Below, piece by piece: positions 25,322-32,209 of a stretch of 32,209 nt of DNA. The DNA lies in assembly GCA_046760985.1 (NCBI GenBank), contig JBHIFE010000002.1, positions 1 through 32,209 on the forward strand. Direction: 5' to 3'. The stretch is from Dehalococcoidales bacterium (lineage in GTDB: Bacteria > Chloroflexota > Dehalococcoidia > Dehalococcoidales > RBG-16-60-22). The translations under genes and the position numbers were made by a program. How positions within the stretch are numbered: the stretch's first letter is position 1; every line of letters begins with the position of its first letter. The notes under the pieces were generated by a model. The model saw only the letters and a list, made by a program, of their open reading frames with translations. It did not search any database and had not been told where the DNA came from.

Positions 25322-26290
25322 ATGAGCCGAAGATTGGTAGAAGCTGAAAACCTGAAAAAGTATTATCCGGTTACGGTGGGATTACTCTCTAGACATGTTG
25401 CCGATGTCAAGGCAGTGGACGGGGTTTCCTTTTATATCACGGAAGGAGAAACCCTGGGCTTGGTTGGTGAATCTGGATGCGGTAAGTCTAGCTTGGGTAG
25501 GACTCTGCTAAGGCTGGAGGAGCCGACCGCAGGTAGAATCCTCTATAAAGGAAGCGATATTACGGCATGGAGTAAAAAGCAATTAAAGGAACTGAGAAGA
25601 GAGGCTCAGATGATATTTCAGGACCCGCAATCTTCCCTTGACCCAAGAATGACTATCGGCGATTCTATAGGGGAGGCATTGCTCATTCATGGTGTTGGCA
25701 CCGAAAAAGAGAGACTGGAAAGAGTGGAGGAGTTGCTAAAACGGGTAGGTTTAGAACCGGCACATGCCACCAGGTACCCCCACGAGTTGAGCGGTGGACA
25801 GAAACAGCGAGTCGGGATTGCCCGGGCTCTAGCGGTAAATCCAAAACTCATTGTAGCTGATGAACCGGTTAGTGCCCTGGACGTATCAGTCCAAGCTCAA
25901 ATTCTAAACCTAGTCATGGATTTACAACACGAGCTTGGGCTAGCCTATTTGTTCATTGCCCATGACCTATCAGTCATCGGACATGTCTCAGATAGGATTG
26001 CGGTAATGTATCTCGGTCAGATAGTTGAATTGGCGGGAAGAACGGAATTATTCAGTCACCCCCTTCATCCGTACACCGAGGCGCTGCTCTCGGCAATCCC
26101 TATTCCGGACCCGCACCAGAAGCGGGAAAGGATTTCGTTGCAAGGTGAGGTTCCCTCGCCAATTGAGCCACCCCTGGGCTGTCGCTTCCATACCAGATGT
26201 CCCAAAGTTATGAAAATCTGCCGTCAGCAAGAGCCGACACTAAGAACCCGAGATGGAGACCATTTAGTCTCCTGTCACCTGTATGGTTAG
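25322..26290 (+). CDS. ABC transporter ATP-binding protein (OppF/DppF-like).
   Basis: Walker [10 protein letters not shown], signature LSGGQKQR, Walker B IVADEPVSALD. I prefer ATG 25322. The ORF-track alternative is TTG 25295. Confidence 0.9.
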   Translation: MSRRLVEAENLKKYYPVTVGLLSRHVADVKAVDGVSFYITEGETLGLVGESGCGKSSLGRTLLRLEEPTAGRILYKGSDITAWSKKQLKELRREAQMIFQDPQSSLDPRMTIGDSIGEALLIHGVGTEKERLERVEELLKRVGLEPAHATRYPHELSGGQKQRVGIARALAVNPKLIVADEPVSALDVSVQAQILNLVMDLQHELGLAYLFIAHDLSVIGHVSDRIAVMYLGQIVELAGRTELFSHPLHPYTEALLSAIPIPDPHQKRERISLQGEVPSPIEPPLGCRFHTRCPKVMKICRQQEPTLRTRDGDHLVSCHLYG

Positions 26291-26308
26291 CTTACCTGCG
26301 GCAGCTAC

Positions 26309-26337
26309 TTGACAAAATTTCAGCATGTTGCTAAACT
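26309..26337 (+). promoter_or_regulatory. trp operon promoter: TTGACA-N17-TAAACT.
   Basis: TTGACA at 26309-26314 and TAAACT at 26332-26337, immediately upstream of the T-box leader. Confidence 0.55.
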
Positions 26338-26344
26338 GCCAGAA

Positions 26345-26648
26345 ATAGCGTAAAGGCTGTGAACAAGACTAGTAGGCTTCAAAGCGGGGCGCAGAGAGTC
26401 GGGTAAGGTGTGAGCCGATGCCAGCGCCGAAGCTGAATGGACTTGGGAGCTGCAAACCGAAAGTGATAAAGACAAGTAGGCTTTGACGCAAGGGAAGCGT
26501 TATCAAGTCCCAGGGTATCGAGCTAAATATATTATAGCTTCTGTGCCCGATAGAGATAGTCATCTGGCTTCATTTTAGGGAGATGACTAAGAAGGGTGGC
26601 ACCGCGGAAGCAAGCCTCCCGCCCCTTCAAGGGTGGGAGGCTTTTTAT
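26345..26648 (+). promoter_or_regulatory. T-box leader (tRNA-sensing riboswitch) with a UGG (Trp) specifier.
   Basis: Stem I elements are AGUA at 26371-26374, the AG bulge AGAGAG at 26392-26397, and a distal loop with GGUGUGAG. The specifier loop reads GAA-UGG-A, with UGG at 26438-26440. The T-box sequence GGGTGGCACCGCG lies at 26594-26606. The antiterminator is GAAGGG[UGGCACC]GCGG...CCGC-CCCTTC (26591-26628) and is mutually exclusive with the terminator. Confidence 0.88.
26612..26648 (+). terminator. Intrinsic terminator (expression platform) of the T-box leader.
   Basis: A 13-bp stem AAGCCTCCCGCCC / GGGTGGGAGGCTT (one G-U pair), loop CTTCAA, followed by a T run. It lies 20 nt upstream of the trpE ATG. 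Confidence 0.85.
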
Positions 26649-26668
26649 ATTTGTTATGAGGAGCTGAT

Positions 26669-28111
26669 ATGTATTATCCAACACTAGATGAGGTTCGGCA
26701 GCTGAAAAAATACGGCAACCTGGTGCCAGTTTACTACGAGATGATGGCTGACCTGGAAACACCGGTGTCAGCTTATCTCAAGATAGCTCGTGGTAATTAC
26801 TCCTTCCTTCTGGAGAGTGTTGAGGGCGGCGAGCGACTAGCCCGTTATAGTTTTATCGGTACCGAGCCTTCCTTTATCTTAAAGACAGGTGGTGAGAATC
26901 CGGTTGACCCCTTACTTCTGATAGAGAAGGAGTTTAAGCGATTTCAATTGGTACCAATTGCTGGTTTGCCCCGGTTCCATGGGGGAATGGTTGGTTATTT
27001 AGCCTATGAAGTAGCTCGCTACTTTGAGAGGTTACCCTCCCCTGAGCACGACCCGCTGGGTCTGCCTGAGTCCATGCTGATGTTGGCTGATACCCTTCTC
27101 GTTTTTGACCACCTCACCCACAAAATTAAGGTCGTCTCTCATGCTCACCTTGATGGCGATATTGAAAGGGCATATCTTGAAGCAATTGGCAAGATTGACA
27201 GCTTGGTGGAGCGTTTGGGGCAGCCAGTTGCCACCGAGGTTCCACCAGCGGCTTCTGCCGAGTTTTCAGTATCGTCAAACCTTTCTGAGGCAGAATTTGA
27301 AGCTATGGTCTCCAGGACTAAGGATTACATCTATGCTGGCGACATAATCCAAGCGGTCTTATCACAGCGGCTGGCTCAGCGCACTGATGCTAGTCCCTTT
27401 GCCATATATCGGGCGCTACGCTCTATTAATCCCTCTCCCTATATGTACTATCTTCACCTCGGCGATTTCTACATTGTTGGTGCCTCCCCCGAGCTTCTGG
27501 TGCGGGTGGAGGATGGAATAGTATCTAACCATCCCATCGCTGGCACCCGTCCCCGCAGCAAGGATACTGCCCGAGACATGGCTCTGGAAAAAGAGCTCAG
27601 GAAGGATGAGAAGGAGTGTGCTGAGCATCTTATGCTGGTAGACCTCAGCCGCAACGACGTCGGCAGAATCAGCGAGCCCGGCACTGTTGAAGTTACCCAG
27701 TTTATGGATATTGAGCGCTACTCCCATGTAATGCACCTGGTATCTCATGTTCAGGGTAAGCTCAGAGCCGGGTTTTCTCAGTTTGATGCCCTGCGGGCTT
27801 GCTTCCCCGCTGGTACTGTTTCCGGTGCTCCCAAGATTCGGGCGATGGAGATTATTGCCGAGCTGGAACCGGATAAAAGGGGACCCTATGCTGGGGCGGT
27901 AGGCTATTTTGACTTCTCCGGAAATCTGGATACTGCCATCGCTATCCGCACCGTTGTCATTAAGAACGGCATTGCCAGTGTTCAAGCTGGGGCTGGTATT
28001 GTCGCCGATAGTATTCCACAGAATGAGTATCAAGAAAGCTTGAATAAAGCCCAGGCATTACTGACAGCTATTAAACAGGCGGAGGCAAATCATGCTCCTG
28101 TTAATAGATAA
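26669..28111 (+). CDS. trpE: Anthranilate synthase component I.
   Basis: 480 aa with LLESVEGGERLARYSFIG, SPELLV and GAGIVADS. SD GAGGAG. Confidence 0.95.
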   Translation: MYYPTLDEVRQLKKYGNLVPVYYEMMADLETPVSAYLKIARGNYSFLLESVEGGERLARYSFIGTEPSFILKTGGENPVDPLLLIEKEFKRFQLVPIAGLPRFHGGMVGYLAYEVARYFERLPSPEHDPLGLPESMLMLADTLLVFDHLTHKIKVVSHAHLDGDIERAYLEAIGKIDSLVERLGQPVATEVPPAASAEFSVSSNLSEAEFEAMVSRTKDYIYAGDIIQAVLSQRLAQRTDASPFAIYRALRSINPSPYMYYLHLGDFYIVGASPELLVRVEDGIVSNHPIAGTRPRSKDTARDMALEKELRKDEKECAEHLMLVDLSRNDVGRISEPGTVEVTQFMDIERYSHVMHLVSHVQGKLRAGFSQFDALRACFPAGTVSGAPKIRAMEIIAELEPDKRGPYAGAVGYFDFSGNLDTAIAIRTVVIKNGIASVQAGAGIVADSIPQNEYQESLNKAQALLTAIKQAEANHAPVNR

Positions 28112-28664
28112 TTATGATAGCTTTACCTACAACCTCTTCCAGTACCTGAGCGAACTGGGGGAGGAGGTAATAGTGGTTAGGAATGATAAGATGAGCCTTG
28201 GCGAGATGGAAAAGCTCTCGCCCCAGCACATTGTCGTCTCTCCTGGTCCGGGGACTCCGCAGCAAGCTGGCATCTCCAACGAGGTTATCCGCCACTTTGG
28301 TTCCCACCTCCCCATTCTGGGAGTCTGTCTTGGACACCAGTGCATCGGCTACAGTTACGGAGCCAGAGTTGACCGTGCTGGCGAAATCAAGCACGGCAAA
28401 TCATCGCTTATCTACCATGATGGGAAAGGACTATTTAGCCGACTGCCCAACCCCTTCCCGGCTGTCCGCTATCATTCCTTAGCTGTAATGGGTGACGGCT
28501 TACCTGATTGCCTTGAGGTTAGTGCTTGGACAGAAAATGGTCTGATTATGGGACTGCGCCACCGCCAGTTCCCCGTAGATGGAGTCCAGTTTCACCCCGA
28601 ATCAATTATGACCGAGGTGGGGAAGAAGCTACTTAAAAACTTTATAAGCAAGGGGGGACAGTGA
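28092..28664 (+). CDS. trpG: Anthranilate synthase component II (glutamine amidotransferase).
   Basis: 190 aa with LLIDNYDSFTYNL, PILGVCLGHQ and GVQFHPES. Its start overlaps the trpE 3' end by 20 nt. SD GGCGGAGG. Confidence 0.95.
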   Translation: MLLLIDNYDSFTYNLFQYLSELGEEVIVVRNDKMSLGEMEKLSPQHIVVSPGPGTPQQAGISNEVIRHFGSHLPILGVCLGHQCIGYSYGARVDRAGEIKHGKSSLIYHDGKGLFSRLPNPFPAVRYHSLAVMGDGLPDCLEVSAWTENGLIMGLRHRQFPVDGVQFHPESIMTEVGKKLLKNFISKGGQ

Positions 28665-29680
28665 TGATTCGTGAAGCTATTGAAGCCTTGGTTTCTGGTC
28701 GTTCACTTAATTTTGAGCAAGCGGCGGGGGTAATGGAGGAGATAATGAGTGGTGAGGCAACCCCGGCTCAGATTGCTGCTTTCGTTACCGCACTGCGAAT
28801 TAAAGGGGAGACGGTGGATGAAATTGCTGGGCTAGCCAGTATTATGCGGGCTAAGGCGATACCAGTGAAGGTAACTCCGCCGGTAGTAGATACTTGCGGT
28901 ACCGGAGGCGACAACTGCTCCAGCATAAATATTTCCACCGCTGCTGCTTTTGTTGTCGCTGGTGCTGGTCTCAAAGTAGCTAAACACGGCAACCGGGCTA
29001 TGACCAGCCACTGTGGCAGCGCCGATGTCCTTGAAGCTTTAGGAGTAAAGATTGACCTTGGTGCTGAGGCAGTAGCTGAATGCTTGGAGACAGTAGGCAT
29101 CGGCTTTATGTTTGCTCCCATCTTCCATCCGGCAATGAAGTATGCTGCTGCTCCCCGCCGTGAGATTGGCATCCGCACCGTCTTTAATATCCTTGGTCCC
29201 CTGACCAATCCCGCCCGGGCTGAGTCTCAGGTAATTGGTGTTGCCGGCGAAGAGTTAGGAAGTAAGATTGCCTCCGCTCTCCACCGATTGGGCACCAAGC
29301 ATTCTCTGGTGGTGCACGGTCTGGATGGTATGGACGAAATCTCAATCAGTGGCAAGTCGCTGGTGTGGGAAATTAATGAGCAGAAGGTGCTGCCACCTTA
29401 TGAGGTCTCCCCCCGGTATTTTGGTTTTAACAGTGCCCGCCTTACTGAAATTAAGGGAGGGACACCTAAAGAGAATGCCAAAATGCTGCGTCGTATCCTC
29501 AATGGTGATGAAGGTCCTTGGCGGGGTGTAGTGGTCATGAATGCTGCCGCCGCCTTGGTCGCTGGCAACCGAGCCTCAGACCTAAAAGAAGGGGCACGCC
29601 TCGCTGAGGAAGCGATTGATAGCCGCCGTGCCCTGGAAAAACTTGAGGCTCTGATAAGAGTCAGTCAGAGTCTGGGATAG
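28661..29680 (+). CDS. trpD: Anthranilate phosphoribosyltransferase.
   Basis: 339 aa with DTCGTGGD, KHGNRA and NILGPLTNPA. The start is GTG 28661 or ATG 28664, both overlapping the trpG stop (GTGATGA). Confidence 0.95.
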   Translation: MMIREAIEALVSGRSLNFEQAAGVMEEIMSGEATPAQIAAFVTALRIKGETVDEIAGLASIMRAKAIPVKVTPPVVDTCGTGGDNCSSINISTAAAFVVAGAGLKVAKHGNRAMTSHCGSADVLEALGVKIDLGAEAVAECLETVGIGFMFAPIFHPAMKYAAAPRREIGIRTVFNILGPLTNPARAESQVIGVAGEELGSKIASALHRLGTKHSLVVHGLDGMDEISISGKSLVWEINEQKVLPPYEVSPRYFGFNSARLTEIKGGTPKENAKMLRRILNGDEGPWRGVVVMNAAAALVAGNRASDLKEGARLAEEAIDSRRALEKLEALIRVSQSLG

Positions 29681-29687
29681 TCTTAAA

Positions 29688-30455
29688 ATGCTGAACAAAA
29701 TCATTGCTGGAAAAAGAGAAGAGGTTGAGCAGAAGAAAGGGAGCCTGCCTCTCTCCACTTTAAAAGAACGCGTTGCCCAGCGCCGGGCTCCGCTTGATTT
29801 TGCCCGTGCCCTTAGCGGGGATACCACCCGATTGATTGCCGAGATAAAACGAGCCTCCCCATCGCGAGGGGTTCTCTGCCCCAATTTCAACCCGGTTGAA
29901 CTGGCAAAAACTTATGCTCTGGGTGGTGCCACCGCTATTTCAGTGTTAACCGAAGCCAACTACTTTCAAGGCAGCATTGACCATCTGGCAGCAATTAGAG
30001 AAGAGGTCAGACTCCCCCTGTTGAGGAAGGATTTTATCTTTGACCAGTATCAGGTATATGAGTCCAGTGCCTATGGTGCTGATGCGCTATTGCTAATCGT
30101 GGCTATCTTGAGTCAGGGGCAGCTTGAAGAACTCCTGTTACTGAGCCGCAGTCTTGGGCTAAGCTGTCTGGTTGAGGTTCACAACCAAGCTGAAGTAGAA
30201 AATGCTCTCGCTAGTGGAGCCGAAATCATTGGCATCAATAACCGTGACCTTAATACCTTTGAAGTTGATATCAACACCACTCGCCGCTTGCGTCCCCTCA
30301 TTCCCCAGGAGCGAATTGTGGTTAGTGAAAGTGGCATTAGCTGCCGGGGGGATATAGAAAAATTGAAGGAGTGGGGAGTCAATGCGGTGCTGGTGGGTGA
30401 GGCTCTGGTCATGGCTGATGACATCCTGACCAAGATGGGGGAGCTGTTATTATGA
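29688..30455 (+). CDS. trpC: Indole-3-glycerol-phosphate synthase.
   Basis: 255 aa with IAEIKRASPS, LRKDFI, IGINNRDL and ESGI. Confidence 0.95.
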   Translation: MLNKIIAGKREEVEQKKGSLPLSTLKERVAQRRAPLDFARALSGDTTRLIAEIKRASPSRGVLCPNFNPVELAKTYALGGATAISVLTEANYFQGSIDHLAAIREEVRLPLLRKDFIFDQYQVYESSAYGADALLLIVAILSQGQLEELLLLSRSLGLSCLVEVHNQAEVENALASGAEIIGINNRDLNTFEVDINTTRRLRPLIPQERIVVSESGISCRGDIEKLKEWGVNAVLVGEALVMADDILTKMGELLL

Positions 30456-31111
30456 CCCGGGTCAAGATTTGTGGTATCAGGAAACAGGCTCATGCCTTAG
30501 CTGCGGCTAAAGCCGGGGCTGATTTTATTGGACTGGTCTTTGCTCCCAGCCGGCGCCAGGTAACTCCTGTTCAGGCGGAGAAGATAGCCACAGCAGTGAA
30601 GCAAAGTGGTCATGCCACGGAGGTAGTCGGCGTCTTTGTCAATACGCCCGCTCCCATGGTAAACGAGATTGCTGATTTCTGCCATCTGGACTGGGTTCAG
30701 CTAAATGGCGATGAGCCCTGGGAGTATTGCCGTGAGATTACCAAGCCCCTGATTAAGGCAATTCGCGTAGGTAAATGGCAGACTTCTCAGAGAATCTCTA
30801 CCACTCTGGCTAAAGGAGCAAGAATCCTTAACCAGCAAAAACATATCTACCTCCTTGACTCCCAGGTTAAAGGCAAGTACGGTGGCACCGGTACAACCTT
30901 TGACTGGAGCCTAGCCCGGCAGGCAGCAGAACAATTCCCAGTGATTATCGCTGGTGGTCTTACCCCGGAGAACGTAGCTCGGGCAATCAAAAGGGCAGCA
31001 CCCTGGGGGGTGGACGTCTCATCAGGTGTTGAAGTAGGCGGAGTCAAACATATAGCCAGAATCAGAGCGCTCATTGAAGCAGTTAGGAGATGTGATGATG
31101 ACCAAAGATAG
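30452..31111 (+). CDS. trpF: N-(5'-phosphoribosyl)anthranilate isomerase.
   Basis: 219 aa with [20 protein letters not shown], and GGTGTTFDW. The ATGA overlaps the trpC stop. Confidence 0.93.
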   Translation: MTRVKICGIRKQAHALAAAKAGADFIGLVFAPSRRQVTPVQAEKIATAVKQSGHATEVVGVFVNTPAPMVNEIADFCHLDWVQLNGDEPWEYCREITKPLIKAIRVGKWQTSQRISTTLAKGARILNQQKHIYLLDSQVKGKYGGTGTTFDWSLARQAAEQFPVIIAGGLTPENVARAIKRAAPWGVDVSSGVEVGGVKHIARIRALIEAVRRCDDDQR

Positions 31112-32209
31112 ACCCGATTCCCGTGGTTACTTCGGGCAATACGGTGGTAAGTTTGTCCCGGAGACACTGATGGCAGCCCTTAGCCAGCTGGAGTCAGCTT
31201 ATGCTGAAGCCTGTGCTGATACTGAGTTCCAACGGCAATTTAACCAGTTGTGCCGCGAATACATTGGTAGACCAACACCCCTTTACCCTGCCCAACAATT
31301 GTCCGCTAAAATCGGCGGGGCGACCATTCTGCTGAAACGGGAAGACCTAGCCCATACCGGGGCTCACAAGATTAACAATGCCCTGGGGCAGGGGCTACTA
31401 GCCAAGCGCATGGGCAAAACAAGGGTAATTGCCGAGACCGGCGCTGGTCAACATGGCGTAGCCGTAGCTACAGTGTGCGCCATGTTTGGTCTTGACTGCA
31501 TTATCTACATGGGAGAGGAGGACATGCACCGTCAGTCGCCTAATGTTCACCGCATGAAACTAACGGGGGCTGAAGTGCGCCCGGTATCGTCGGGCAGTCG
31601 GACGCTAAAAGACGCCATCAATGAAGCCATCCGCGACTGGGTTACTAACGTCCACAACACCTACTACCTTCTTGGCTCGGTTGTCGGTCCCCACCCCTAT
31701 CCGATGATAGTGCGTGACTTTCAGTCAATAATCGGAGAGGAAACAAAGGAACAGATTCTGGCAGTGTACCATCACCTACCTGACTACCTAGTTGCTTGTG
31801 TCGGCGGCGGCAGTAACAGTATCGGGCTGTTCCACCCCTTCTTTAACGATGGAGGAGTTAAATTTATCGGCGTTGAGGCTGCCGGGCGAGGTCTGGAGAC
31901 CAATCAACATGCCGCCTCACTGGTCGCCGGTAAGACTGGTGTCTTGCACGGGACCAAGTCATATCTGCTGGAGGACAGTAATGGTCAGATACGGGCAACC
32001 CATAGTATTGCTCCCGGGCTTGACTATCCCGGGGTAGGACCGGAACATAGCTACTATAAAGACATTGGTCGTGCCACCTATGTCGCGGTTACTGACGCCC
32101 AGGCGCTGGAAGGCTTCAAGCTCTTGTGTGACACCGAGGGTATAATTCCGGCGCTGGAACCAGCCCACGCTATCTATTATGCCGCCAAGCTAGCCACTGA
32201 ATTGCCCCA
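31095..32209 (+). CDS. trpB: Tryptophan synthase beta chain, 3'-truncated by the window edge. It is not in the ORF track because no stop is reached.
   Basis: My own translation from ATG 31095 (SD AGGAGA) gives [26 protein letters not shown]...[20 protein letters not shown]...GAGQHGVA...ACVGGGSN...[11 protein letters not shown]. The frame is open to nt 32209. It overlaps the trpF 3' end by 17 nt. Confidence 0.93.
   Translation, partial: MMTKDRPDSRGYFGQYGGKFVPETLMAALSQLESAYAEACADTEFQRQFNQLCREYIGRPTPLYPAQQLSAKIGGATILLKREDLAHTGAHKINNALGQGLLAKRMGKTRVIAETGAGQHGVAVATVCAMFGLDCIIYMGEEDMHRQSPNVHRMKLTGAEVRPVSSGSRTLKDAINEAIRDWVTNVHNTYYLLGSVVGPHPYPMIVRDFQSIIGEETKEQILAVYHHLPDYLVACVGGGSNSIGLFHPFFNDGGVKFIGVEAAGRGLETNQHAASLVAGKTGVLHGTKSYLLEDSNGQIRATHSIAPGLDYPGVGPEHSYYKDIGRATYVAVTDAQALEGFKLLCDTEGIIPALEPAHAIYYAAKLATELP

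Noticed and set aside
26371-26483. A direct repeat AGTAGGCTT (26371-26379 and 26475-26483), preceded both times by ACAAG, inside the T-box leader.
   Set aside because: It is short, and the first copy is already accounted for as the 5' specifier-loop/Stem I strand. The repeat is direct rather than complementary, so it does not define a helix. It is probably coincidental or a remnant of local duplication.
26369-26762. Two minus-strand ORFs (26369-26563 and 26532-26762) in the oppF-trpE gap.
   Set aside because: The region is fully explained by the T-box leader and the 5' end of trpE on the plus strand. The ORFs have no SD and no recognisable protein features.
31792-32168. ORFs 31792-32037 (+) and 31959-32168 (-) listed in the track.
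   Set aside because: Both lie inside trpB in other frames or on the other strand. The trpB frame is open throughout and carries unmistakable TrpB motifs.
1-32209. A search by eye for CRISPR arrays, IS elements/transposases, integrases, prophage genes, tRNA/rRNA genes and toxin-antitoxin or known defence-system genes.
   Set aside because: I found none. The only repeat is the in-frame 36-bp duplication in the SBP tether. No intergenic region is long enough or structured like a tRNA, and no ORF shows transposase, integrase or nuclease hallmarks.

Overview
The window is a gene-dense, mostly housekeeping or stress-related stretch of a bacterial chromosome. I see no rRNA, tRNA, CRISPR array, transposase or integrase. 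The gene content suggests an anaerobe, possibly Chloroflexota/Dehalococcoidia-like, though that is only a guess. It rests on a T-box-controlled trp operon outside an obviously Firmicute context, a desulforedoxin, a PflA/AmrS-like radical SAM enzyme, an activase-related protein, and a lipoprotein solute-binding protein with a Pro/Ala tether.

Layout, left to right:
- The 3' end of an activase-related gene.
- Three small genes: PRC-barrel, zinc ribbon, and a Cys-less HesB/IscA fold.
- cinA (-).
- A P2-type cation ATPase (+).
- A minus-strand signalling operon: soluble PAS histidine kinase, then a REC-REC protein, then a REC-unknown module-HD-GYP protein.
- otsA-otsB (+), converging on glgC and a GalT-family HIT gene (-).
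- hsp20 (-).
- A Cys-rich 62-aa ORF coupled to a 40-codon desulforedoxin gene that is missing from the ORF track (+).
- An operon of an FDH-N-terminal-like formyltransferase and a nitrilase (+).
- hyi-glxR followed by a radical SAM gene (-).
- A five-gene Opp/Dpp-type ABC importer (+).
- A promoter, a Trp-specific T-box leader and trpE-G-D-C-F-B (+). trpB runs off the right edge.

I found no convincing, self-contained undescribed system such as a defence island. The candidates most worth following up are:
- the Cys-rich ORF plus stand-alone desulforedoxin pair;
- the unassigned sensor-like module inside the HD-GYP response regulator;
- the glgC/GalT-like pairing next to otsAB;
- the formyltransferase/nitrilase pair;
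- the radical SAM gene appended to hyi-glxR.

All family assignments come from motif recognition by eye and memory. No searches were run.
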